Shown here piece by piece: positions 18,623 to 27,383 of a stretch of DNA of 32,082 nt. Source of the DNA: Coraliomargaritaceae bacterium (GTDB taxonomy: Bacteria > Verrucomicrobiota > Verrucomicrobiia > Opitutales > Coraliomargaritaceae). The notes under the pieces were generated by a model. That model searched no databases, was not told where the DNA came from, and worked only from the letters and a program-made list of their open reading frames with translations. The position numbers and the translations under genes are program-made. Numbering within the stretch: the stretch's first letter is position 1; the number at the start of each line of letters is the position of its first letter. The stretch is taken from the NCBI GenBank assembly GCA_965656495.1, contig CBFHKU010000014.1, positions 1 to 32,082 on the forward strand, written 5' to 3'.

Positions 18623-19426
18623 ATGAAAAAATACATATTCACGACACTGTTTTTAGGCTCCTGTTTGTTCTGTCAGGCATCAGAGCAACAGGCAGGACAA
18701 GATAAGCCTGCTTATGATTCCAGTAAGGACGTGGGCTTACAGGCTCCTGCCAATGCGGATATCTTGTTTGATGGAACGCAACAATCGATTGATACAAACT
18801 GGGAAATGTGGCCGCAGCAAGACATGCCAATTACCTGGTCATTGGTCGATAATCCAAACGGTGAAGGCAAGCTGCTGATGACCAATGGTGGCAAGAAGTG
18901 GGGCACGCACGATCTGGTCACGAAAAAGAAATATACCGATTTCGAGGGGCATGTTGAGTTCTTGATGATGGGAAAGCGTGGTGACGGTATCGCGGAAGGC
19001 TATTCGAATAGCGGAGTGTATATGCAGAATCGCTACGAAATCCAGATCGAGTCACCGAAAGGAGAGGATGTCTTGGATCCGTATAATTGGGTAATCGGTA
19101 AACATGGCATTGGTGCTTTCTGCCTCGAACGTGTCCCCGACTATAACGTGTGGCGACCGAACGGTGAATGGCACGCATTTCACTTTATTTTCAGAGCCGC
19201 ACGCTACGAGGGGGATAAGATTGTCGAAAATGCCCGCGCAACCGTTTGGTGGAATGGCGTCAAAATTCATGACGATGTCCCGATTAAAAAGGTGCTTCCA
19301 CGTGCTGGTATTGCAGCAGGGCCTACTCCCGGTGGTATTAAGTTACAGGAACATGGAAAGGACGTGCGCTTCCGCAACATCTGGATTGTCGATAAGGGCG
19401 GAAGCAGTGTAAACGGCCAGCGCTAA
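18623..19426 (+). CDS. Secreted DUF1080 / 3-keto-disaccharide hydrolase-like protein
   Basis: ILFDG, YTDFEGHVEF, SNSGVYMQNRYEIQI, GEW, VWWNGV and IKLQEHGKDVRFRNIWI motifs. Confidence 0.9.
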   Translation: MKKYIFTTLFLGSCLFCQASEQQAGQDKPAYDSSKDVGLQAPANADILFDGTQQSIDTNWEMWPQQDMPITWSLVDNPNGEGKLLMTNGGKKWGTHDLVTKKKYTDFEGHVEFLMMGKRGDGIAEGYSNSGVYMQNRYEIQIESPKGEDVLDPYNWVIGKHGIGAFCLERVPDYNVWRPNGEWHAFHFIFRAARYEGDKIVENARATVWWNGVKIHDDVPIKKVLPRAGIAAGPTPGGIKLQEHGKDVRFRNIWIVDKGGSSVNGQR

Positions 19427-19841
19427 TAGATTTCGAATCACTCATTCTGAACGCAGAAGCGACAGCTTGATGTTTCCCTCAGCTCCAAAATGAGGGAACT
19501 GACTTTGCCAGTGCGTGAGTATTTTCCAAAACAACGCTTTCATCATAGCTGCTCTGAAAGTCTGATTGGCATGCGAGAGTCCATGACGACTGGCAGGAGA
19601 GGAGCGCCACGGGCAAAAGCAGTGCCTCTGGAGTAGCGGATGCCTTTAGGCTCCGTTTGCAGTGCTCAAAGACCAGCATGGAATCATGCTCACACCGCGT
19701 AAAAGACTTTGCCTTACGCGGCTTTGCTACGACGTGGAGCAACTGTGGTAAGAATTTATTCCACTAAGCGTTGCGAAGGTCCTCGAATGAAACGACAAGG
19801 CGCTCCTGTTCGTTGAATCGCGGCAATGTTACTTAGGCGAC

Positions 19842-20483
19842 TTAGATGATGTTTTGTCGGGCGGCTTTGACGACCGCAGCGGTCAGGTTTGGGGTGTCGA
19901 GTTTTTCCAAAATACTACGGACATGAAATGCTACAGTATGATAGCTCAGGTTCATTTTTGCAGCCACCTCTTTCTTGACGAAGCCTTGAGCGAGTAGTTG
20001 TAGGATTTCCGTTTCCCGAACGGTGAGCGTATTGGAGTCAGGCGAGTCTTTTCCGCAGAGCGTCGATAATACGGCCCGCGAAAGTTTCGAATCGATATAG
20101 GTTCCGCCTTCGGCGACATCGCGGATGACGTTTCGGATGTCCTTCACGCTGGCGCTTTTGAGGAGGTAGCCGCTGGCGCCGAGGTGTAGTGCTTCCAGCA
20201 CAACGCGGAAGTCGCTGTTTTGGGTGAGGATGATCACGTCCGATTCCGGCGCGGCACTTTTCAGCAGCGGCAACATCTTGATGCCGTTCTCACCGGAAAG
20301 GTTGAGATCGAGCAGTACGATTTCGGGCGGCTCAATTTCTCCGGACTGTAATTTTTTTAAACAGGGCTCGACAGCGGGGAACGCACCGATGCAGTCCATG
20401 CCTGCGGCCAGCTCAATGATGTTGAGCAGTGATTTTCGGTAGGTGAGGTTGTCTTCGATGACTGCTATGTGTATAATTTTCAC
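19842..20483 (-). CDS. NarL/LuxR-family response regulator
   Basis: IAVIEDN, LLDLNL and GASGYLLK receiver motifs, plus an LTVRETEIL...LSYHTV helix-turn-helix. Confidence 0.95.
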   Translation of the reverse strand: MKIIHIAVIEDNLTYRKSLLNIIELAAGMDCIGAFPAVEPCLKKLQSGEIEPPEIVLLDLNLSGENGIKMLPLLKSAAPESDVIILTQNSDFRVVLEALHLGASGYLLKSASVKDIRNVIRDVAEGGTYIDSKLSRAVLSTLCGKDSPDSNTLTVRETEILQLLAQGFVKKEVAAKMNLSYHTVAFHVRSILEKLDTPNLTAAVVKAARQNII

Positions 20484-20509
20484 CGTATGGGAATCGTGTT
20501 TCGTTTGTT

Positions 20510-22426
20510 TTACAGGGTAAGCTTGATGAAGGTGCCGCCGTTTTCGGTGGATGTCAGGTCGATAGTTGCGTTTAGTTTTTTTGCGCGCTTGAACAAGTGG
20601 GTAGGATGGGCATCGGACGGTAGCCCTTTTCCGTTATCGCGGATTTCAAGGCAAACCGAGTGTTTGTGTTTTCGGGTGCTGATTTCAACGACATCGGCAT
20701 CCGAGTGTTTGATGATATTGTTGAGGGCTTCCTTAAAGAAGAGAAGCAGATTCCATTTCTGGGTGGGCGGTAGTTGATTGAGCTGTTTGGTTTCGCTGTA
20801 ATCTTCGATTAGCTCAATACCGAACAGCATCTGATTGGATGTCGCGCGGAAGCGCTCGATCAGGTCGCTTTGGTCCGAATCTTTTTCCATAAACTGGATC
20901 AGGGATCGAGTCTCGGTTGCGCTGCGTTCGGCGCTATTGATGATGTCGGCCAGCAGCTCATTTTCTTTGGCGGAGAGTTGATCGCTGAAAAGCTCCTCAA
21001 GCAACTGGGCGGAATTGGAGATGCCGCTGAGAGTGGCGCCGGTTTCGTCGTGGAGGTCGTCGGCAATACGGTCGCGCACCGCCTGAATTGCTTTCTGGTT
21101 GCGGTAGTGCGATATCAAGAGCGCTAAGATAAAGAGCAGGATGAGTGCGGCTGACCCCAGTAGCAGTTGCTGGATCGTTTGTTCCAGTTGGCGCACCATG
21201 TCATTCTGCCTCTCAAGCAGCATCTTTTTTTGAACTTCAAGTTCGGCGCGGCGGGCGAGTTGCTTGAACCAGGTTCGTTCGGGAATGATGTTGGACGCTC
21301 CGGTCTTGTTGTCGGTTAATGTTTGGTGTGGCGTTTTATTATGTTGGCTAACGAAAAGTTCGCTCTCGCTCGCAAAGGGAATCCCTGCGAGTAGGTTTTG
21401 GCCCTTGTGTAACAGTTGCACTTCGGAGAGAGAAATGTATCGGCCGCTCTTGGGGCGCTTTGTGCGCGGGTCGATGCGGCCGTCTTGGAAAATAAAGCGC
21501 ACATAGCGTCCCTGCATCGGGGGCATTTTGTGGCACAGCGGTGCTTCGCTCATATTGACTGGCACATTCGCTTCTTCAATCAGGTAGGGCTTCGCGCCGG
21601 TGAAATCAGCGTGATCGGATACCTGAATCCAGATCTTTGTAGGAAACCCGACCGCCAGTGAGTGCACGTGCGAAAATTGTGGAATGAAGTCGACGGGAAA
21701 GAAACGCGCCTCGTTGAATGTCTGGCTCTGCTCCAGGTCGAAGCTGACGATGAACTCCGTATCCATCACCCGCGGTTGAGTGTTGGGGCGCAGTCGATCG
21801 TGGTATTGGAGCAGTGGCGGGAAATAGGAGTAGCCATCGACTAGATACTCGGGGGCGAACACCAGTCCGTAGCGATATGGTTCGGGTGCCATCACTGCCG
21901 CGTTTAGAGCCACATTCTCTTCGCCATCAAAGATGAGTATCTCGCTCAAAGCGAACAGAGGTTTCTTCGAACGCCAGGTGCGTTCTTTCGCCAATTTTGT
22001 AGCGATAACGGAGACCTCGGTTGCTTCAACCGCAGCGGGAAGTTGGAACACGACAGGATCAATTCCCGGATCCGGGAAATCTGCCTGTGTCTGATCGACC
22101 AGTATCACGTTTGTTCCGTCAGGCGTCCGGGCTTCGATTCTAAAGCGGAGCGGGAAGCCGTTGCTCAAATACTCACTGTTCCGATCCAGGAAATTCAGCG
22201 GCACCATCACCAGCATATCGATCATTTTGGGCTCGGAAAACTGAATCTGAACCCGATTTTTTTCGGGCCGGGAGGGAATGACTTCCGCCAGAAAGCCGAG
22301 CGTTGGCGTGAAGCTGTTTACATTTTTCTTCGGCAAGCTTTCGAGCTGCGCATTCACCTCGGCGAGCTCGCGCTTCAGCTTCGTGTATTCGCGCGTGCAG
22401 CCGCCGAGCAAAACGGCGACCGTCAA
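20510..22426 (-). CDS. HisKA_3 sensor histidine kinase with a large extracytoplasmic domain (two galactose-binding-like repeats); start uncertain
   Basis: LGGC lipobox-like N-terminus, two LSE(I/V)..ENVA/QNLL repeats, a transmembrane helix, RIADDLHDETG, KEALNNIIKHS and DNGKG. Confidence 0.9.
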   Translation of the reverse strand: MTVAVLLGGCTREYTKLKRELAEVNAQLESLPKKNVNSFTPTLGFLAEVIPSRPEKNRVQIQFSEPKMIDMLVMVPLNFLDRNSEYLSNGFPLRFRIEARTPDGTNVILVDQTQADFPDPGIDPVVFQLPAAVEATEVSVIATKLAKERTWRSKKPLFALSEILIFDGEENVALNAAVMAPEPYRYGLVFAPEYLVDGYSYFPPLLQYHDRLRPNTQPRVMDTEFIVSFDLEQSQTFNEARFFPVDFIPQFSHVHSLAVGFPTKIWIQVSDHADFTGAKPYLIEEANVPVNMSEAPLCHKMPPMQGRYVRFIFQDGRIDPRTKRPKSGRYISLSEVQLLHKGQNLLAGIPFASESELFVSQHNKTPHQTLTDNKTGASNIIPERTWFKQLARRAELEVQKKMLLERQNDMVRQLEQTIQQLLLGSAALILLFILALLISHYRNQKAIQAVRDRIADDLHDETGATLSGISNSAQLLEELFSDQLSAKENELLADIINSAERSATETRSLIQFMEKDSDQSDLIERFRATSNQMLFGIELIEDYSETKQLNQLPPTQKWNLLLFFKEALNNIIKHSDADVVEISTRKHKHSVCLEIRDNGKGLPSDAHPTHLFKRAKKLNATIDLTSTENGGTFIKLTL

Positions 22427-22502
22427 TGTGATTATGATCTTAAACGTGCGTATGATCGATGTACTTTCAGGGGGGAGTGACCGCTTTTAAAGCAAAATCT
22501 GA

Positions 22503-22548
22503 CCTACCCAAATGTGTGGGTTGCCATGCTGTTGGTTTTCTGTATAAT
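22503..22548 (+). promoter_or_regulatory. Box A-like palindrome plus promoter of the second sulfatase operon
   Basis: CCTACCCAAATGTGTGGG (22503-22520) abuts TTGCCA; a 16-bp spacer leads to TATAAT (22543-22548). Confidence 0.7.
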
Positions 22549-22662
22549 AATCTAAATTATCACCTTGTTTTCGGGAACCTCATCGCAATAGCCGCGCCGT
22601 CATGGAATCAATCCATAGAGGCCTGATTCCAAGTAAATTTACGCTAGAGAACTGTAGATCGC

Positions 22663-24108
22663 ATGAAAACCTTTTATCAAATTGTTATGGGAATGCTCAC
22701 CTTTATGGCTGCGCTCTCTGCATTTGCTGGGGACAGGCCCAATGTGATTATAATCTACAATGATGACCAGGGCTATCGGGATCTGGGCTGTTATGGTGCA
22801 ACCGATCTAAACACACCGAATGTCGATCGGCTCGCGGCGGAAGGGATGCGGTTCACCGATTTCTATATGGTGTCATCCGTCTGTTCGCCATCCCGTGCCG
22901 GTTTGCTTACGGGGCTTTATCCGCACCGCGCGGGCGTTCCCGATGTGCTTTTTCCGGTCACGCACAAGGATGCTAAAAAGAAGAAAAATTTAGGGTTGGA
23001 TCCCAAACATTTTACGCTCGCCGAAATGTTTAAAAGCGTGGGCTATAAAACGAAGGCGGTCGGCAAATGGCACCTGGGCGATCTGCCGGAGTATTTGCCG
23101 ACGGGTCAGGGATTTGATTCCTATTACGGAATTCCGTTCAGCAACGATATGTATCCCGCCGACTACACCCGATATGCAGATGATTGTTTGTTTCGCGAAG
23201 GCTGGAGCGAAGCGAAGATCCAGGCGCGCTTTGAGGAAGCAAAGGCGAAAAAGCTGAAACGAAGAGGGCTGGCCAGATTGGTGCCGTTGCTGCGCGATGA
23301 GTTGTGTGTGGAATTCCCAACGGACCAAAGCACGATCACGAGGCGGTTGGCCAGCAATGGGATGGAGTTTATTTCAGAAAGTGTCCGGGAAAAGAAACCC
23401 TTCTTTCTCTATCTGGCCAACCCGATGCCGCACACGCCGCTTTTTGCGTCGAAAGAATTTAAGGGAAAGAGCGCGCGCGGCTTGTATGGGGATACGATCG
23501 AAGAGATCGATCACAACGTAGGCCGGATTTTGGATCACCTCGATGCGTTGGGGATTCGCGATAATACCATCGTCTTTTTCACCTCGGATAACGGTGCCAC
23601 CCTCAAGCGGGGCGACACAGACGGATCCAATTTACCGCTTTTCGAGGGGAAGGGGACTCACTTTGAAGGCGGCTACCGGGTGCCGGGCATTATCCGCTGG
23701 CCGAAGAAGGTGCCGGCTGGATCCATCTGCTCAGAAGTGGCGAGTTCGATTGACCTGATGCCGACCTTCGCCCGTATCGTTGACGCGGAAGTGACTCCAG
23801 CGGTTCCCATCGATGGGAAAGATATTTCCGACCTGATCTACGGAAAAGTGGGCGCGGTTACGCCGCATAAACACTTTTTCTTTGATACGTTTGCGGTGCG
23901 GAGCGGGGATTGGAAATACCATCAGGAACGAAGGTTTGTCAGCCCAAAGAACAAAGGGGCGGAGAGCGGTCCTGCGCTGTATCACTTGAAAGAGGATCTT
24001 GGCGAGTCAACGAACCTCATCGCCGAAAACCCGGAAGTGGCGGAGCGCTTACGCAAAGCCCTTGCAGAACACAACGAGTTTATGGCTGCGGGCGATTCCC
24101 GCAAATAG
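22663..24108 (+). CDS. Secreted arylsulfatase A/GALNS-like S1 sulfatase
   Basis: PNVIIIYNDDQG, VCSPSRAGLLTG, GKWHLG, GIPFSNDM, MPHTP and SDNG motifs. Confidence 0.95.
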   Translation: MKTFYQIVMGMLTFMAALSAFAGDRPNVIIIYNDDQGYRDLGCYGATDLNTPNVDRLAAEGMRFTDFYMVSSVCSPSRAGLLTGLYPHRAGVPDVLFPVTHKDAKKKKNLGLDPKHFTLAEMFKSVGYKTKAVGKWHLGDLPEYLPTGQGFDSYYGIPFSNDMYPADYTRYADDCLFREGWSEAKIQARFEEAKAKKLKRRGLARLVPLLRDELCVEFPTDQSTITRRLASNGMEFISESVREKKPFFLYLANPMPHTPLFASKEFKGKSARGLYGDTIEEIDHNVGRILDHLDALGIRDNTIVFFTSDNGATLKRGDTDGSNLPLFEGKGTHFEGGYRVPGIIRWPKKVPAGSICSEVASSIDLMPTFARIVDAEVTPAVPIDGKDISDLIYGKVGAVTPHKHFFFDTFAVRSGDWKYHQERRFVSPKNKGAESGPALYHLKEDLGESTNLIAENPEVAERLRKALAEHNEFMAAGDSRK

Positions 24109-24126
24109 ATGACACAGGAGAGAACG

Positions 24127-25428
24127 ATGAAAAAACCGAACATACTTTTTATCCACGTGGACCAAATGCACTGGGACGCGATTTCGGGTTTTGGGAATCC
24201 CCATGTAAAGACGCCCGCAATGGATCGCATCGCGCAAGACGGCATTTCGTTTCGCGCCTCGTATGCTACCATGCCGCAATGCGTCCCCGCGCGTACCTGT
24301 TGGTACACAGGCCGGATGTCCTGCGAGACCGGCGCGCCGACGAACGGAGACTCCTGTCGTCCGGATATCCCGGACCTCGGTCAGTGGTTCAGCAAACATA
24401 GCGACTACCATCCTGTTTACGCCGGCAAGTGGCATGTGAACGGTCGGGATGTGGCCAAGAGTTTCGACCTGATTTACGGTAAGCCGCAAGCGAAAGGCGA
24501 GTATATGGATGGTGCCGTGGCACGAGCGTGTATGGGTTTCCTCGATAACTATAACGACGACAAACCCTTCTTTTTGAACGCCGGTTTTATGAACCCGCAC
24601 GATTGTTGTTATACCGTGGGTGCGCGGGGCGGACAGGGAAAGTTCGCCTTTGCCAAAGAGATTGCTGATGAACTGCCACCGCTGCCCGAAAACTGGGTGA
24701 AGCCATCAAGGAAAGGGAAGTTCTATTCCGACTGGACCGAGGAGCAATGGCGTTTCTATATCTACACCTATTATCGCTGGGTGGAGATGGTGGATGCCGA
24801 AATCGCCAGCCTGTATGATGCGGTTCGGAGTTCGCCTTTTGCCGACAATACGGTGATCATTTTCAGTGCGGATCACGGCGAGGGCGTGGGGTTTCACGGG
24901 AATGTGAGTAAAGGCTATATGGAGGATGAGGCCTGGCGCGTGCCGCTGACGATTGTTGATCCGCGAGCGAATAAAACGCGGGGAGTAGTGGACAATGTTC
25001 ACCTTTCGACTGGGGTCGACATCACCGCGACGATCCTGGATTACGCACAGCTTCCGCCCATGCCGAAAATGACGATTGCCAAGAGTTTAAAACCCTTGGT
25101 CGAAGGGAAAGAAATTGAATGGCGTGAACACGTCATTGGCGAATCGTTCCACGGTCAACAGGTTGCCGTTCGCGATGAACAGTACAAAACGATTCTGTAT
25201 CTGAACCCGAAAATTAAAACCAAAGTGTTCGATATGAACGCCGATCCGCTCGAGATGAACAACCTGATGGATTCGCCTGAGTTGGGGGAAACAGTGATGC
25301 AGAAACATAAAAAACTGCTACTCGATTATCTCGATACGGTTGAGGTGTACGATCCGCCCGGAAAGGCCAAGAAGAAGAGCCATACCCTTTATTTGGATTA
25401 TTATAAAAAACTACGCGAGGAGGCATAA
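24127..25428 (+). CDS. S1 sulfatase without a signal peptide (choline-sulfatase-like)
   Basis: MKKPNILFIHVDQ, QCVPAR, GKWH, NPHD and ADHG motifs. AGGAG RBS before ATG 24127. Confidence 0.92.
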   Translation: MKKPNILFIHVDQMHWDAISGFGNPHVKTPAMDRIAQDGISFRASYATMPQCVPARTCWYTGRMSCETGAPTNGDSCRPDIPDLGQWFSKHSDYHPVYAGKWHVNGRDVAKSFDLIYGKPQAKGEYMDGAVARACMGFLDNYNDDKPFFLNAGFMNPHDCCYTVGARGGQGKFAFAKEIADELPPLPENWVKPSRKGKFYSDWTEEQWRFYIYTYYRWVEMVDAEIASLYDAVRSSPFADNTVIIFSADHGEGVGFHGNVSKGYMEDEAWRVPLTIVDPRANKTRGVVDNVHLSTGVDITATILDYAQLPPMPKMTIAKSLKPLVEGKEIEWREHVIGESFHGQQVAVRDEQYKTILYLNPKIKTKVFDMNADPLEMNNLMDSPELGETVMQKHKKLLLDYLDTVEVYDPPGKAKKKSHTLYLDYYKKLREEA

Positions 25429-25430
25429 GC

Positions 25431-26255
25431 ATGAAACGAAGAAACTTTATCCAGATCACCGCAGCCGCTCTTGCCGCACAAGGATGTTTTCCCTTATTGG
25501 CCGCTGATGCAAAAAAGAAAACAAAGGCAAAAGCTGCCGTTAAAAAATCGTGGGGCATCTCACCAAATCCCTATGTGGAACCCAGCGCCATTGAACCGAT
25601 CACGGGTGTCCTGCCCGATTTTACTCCGGCGGCAGGTGCGGCCATGACCGGATCATTCACTGCAAACTATGTCTTGCCCGCTTGGCAGTATGCTGAAGAA
25701 AAATCAGTCAATAAACTGATGGGTTCCGCCGCACTTTCCTTTATGCCATCGGGATTTGAGCTGACGGAAATTCGTAACGACAAAGATAATAAGACGGTGG
25801 CAAGCACCGCCAAAACCAAGGTTCAGTTCGGCAAAGGAAACACCGCAAAAACATGGACGCAGGAGTCGATCTCTAAAGATCGAGAAGATACGCGCTTCAC
25901 CGAAGTCGGCGTTTGGAACGGTAAAAAAATGGTGGTGAAAGCCAAAAGCTTTTCGCGCGAATATGCGACGGAAAATCCGCTGATTCACCGCTGGGGCCTG
26001 TTGCCGCTGTTGGCTTCCGGGCAAATCAAGAAAAAGCCGCTGGTGTTCGATATGCTCGACGACTCGGCGATACGTCCCGATCAAACGCTTTCGTATGAAG
26101 GCAAAATCGAGATTCCGGTTAAAGGCGGAACGGCAACGCTCGATAGCTACGTGCAGACAGGCTACGGCATTGTGCCGACCCATTATCTGGTCGATCAAAA
26201 CGGACGCGTTCAGCTGATTACGCTTTCTACCGTAAACTGGGTTTTGGCGGCCTAA
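25431..26255 (+). CDS. Tat-exported hypothetical protein
   Basis: MKRRNFIQ Tat motif and a 274-aa ORF that looks beta-rich. GAGG RBS, tightly coupled to the upstream gene. Confidence 0.85.
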   Translation: MKRRNFIQITAAALAAQGCFPLLAADAKKKTKAKAAVKKSWGISPNPYVEPSAIEPITGVLPDFTPAAGAAMTGSFTANYVLPAWQYAEEKSVNKLMGSAALSFMPSGFELTEIRNDKDNKTVASTAKTKVQFGKGNTAKTWTQESISKDREDTRFTEVGVWNGKKMVVKAKSFSREYATENPLIHRWGLLPLLASGQIKKKPLVFDMLDDSAIRPDQTLSYEGKIEIPVKGGTATLDSYVQTGYGIVPTHYLVDQNGRVQLITLSTVNWVLAA

Positions 26256-26268
26256 AAAAGAGAATAGA

Positions 26269-26775
26269 ATGAAAAATATAGTGATATCATTAGCAGTTGG
26301 TATCAGTTTGTTAGGAGCGTGTTTCGCCACACCAACCGGTAAGACCAAGGCCGGCAACATTGTCGCTTCCGCAAAAAAAAACGTCATCTGAAGACTCGGA
26401 GTACAAGCAGTGGGAACCCTATCCGGTCTGGGAAAACTACGATGTAGCTAACGCAAATCCAGATTCCTCCTCCGCTAAGGCTACGGCGGACAGGCAGGAG
26501 CGTCCCCTTCGACAAGCTCAGGGCAGGCCGAACATTCTTTGGATCACCTGCGAGGATATCAGCCCGTATCTGGGGTGTTACGGGGTTGAGCAGGCACTGA
26601 CACCGAACCTCGACAAACTCGCCGAACAAGGCGTGCGCTACACCCGCGCCTATGCGGCTACGACAGTTGCGCCGTGGCGCGTTCTTCCATTCTCAATGGG
26701 ATGTTCTCTCCCGTAATCGGCACGCATGGGATGCGCGTAAGAACAACGGTGCCTGAGGTCATCGAGGCCTTTTTC
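26269..26775 (+). pseudogene. Sulfatase pseudogene with two frameshifts and 3' truncation (end approximate)
   Basis: Signal peptide from ATG 26269, then a shift at A9 (26373-26381). PNILWITCEDISPYLGCYG...TPNLDKLA follows, then a second shift just before CAVARSSILNG...GTHGMR. Similarity is lost afterwards. Confidence 0.88.
26466..26526 (+). repeat. Two adjacent in-frame palindromic elements (SSAKATADR type, then PLRQAQG copy 3)
   Basis: CCTCCTCCGCTAAGGCTACGGCGGACAGG hairpin (26466-26494) and CCCCTTCGACAAGCTCAGGGCAG (26504-26526). Confidence 0.8.
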
Positions 26776-26953
26776 AAAAGTTCGTGGCGTTGCCAAGGCA
26801 GTTCTGCATCTCGCTGCACGCCTGCCTTGGCGCTTTGCGCTGCTTTCGAAACGGCTCTCACCAATGCTTCTAACTAAATGCAATATGCTCTAAAACTGAT
26901 CGGTGCTTTTAGTCATGCAGCACAACTCACTGCGATGGTATAAACTCTCCGCC

Positions 26954-26999
26954 CACGCATGATTATGCGGGTTGTGCGATCTCCTGTATCTGCTAAACT
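26954..26999 (+). promoter_or_regulatory. Box A palindrome plus promoter
   Basis: CACGCATGATTATGCGGG (26954-26971) abuts TTGTGC; a 16-bp spacer leads to TGcTAAACT. Confidence 0.72.
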
Positions 27000-27104
27000 G
27001 GGCACTGTTCGGATTTATTGCCCCTTTCAAGAGCAGACGGGGGGAGTGCCGCGTTGTTTACAACGATGGTTTGTGTCGAAACAACACCGGAACGGAGACA
27101 GAGA

Positions 27105-27263
27105 ATGAAAAACAAAAAGAGCGCCAAGCAAAGCAATGACCCGATCATGCAGGATCTGAGTGATTCCAAGTCGATGATCTCACAGGCATTCGCCCGAATT
27201 ACCCCGCCGACAGCCCCCTTTGATCCCGAGGTCGAGTGGACGCATGTGTATGAGGACTACTGA
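27105..27263 (+). pseudogene. Short ORF, probable truncated gene
   Basis: GGAG RBS and 52 aa (MKNKKSAKQ...PPTAPFDPEVEWTHVYEDY*). It lies downstream of a box A promoter, and its stop codon falls inside the next gene's box B. Confidence 0.5.
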
Positions 27264-27302
27264 TTTCAGTAGGTTGCAATATTTTTAAAATTAGGGTATA
27301 GT
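27256..27302 (+). promoter_or_regulatory. Box B palindrome plus promoter of the PEP-CTERM gene
   Basis: ACTACTGA-TT-TCAGTAGG (27256-27273) abuts TTGCAA; a 17-bp spacer leads to TATAGT. Confidence 0.72.
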
Positions 27303-27383
27303 AAGATATAAAATCATAAAAAGCCCTATTTGTCTGCCCCAAAAACCTAGCATCCATAATCATAAAGAACCATAAGATAAAAT

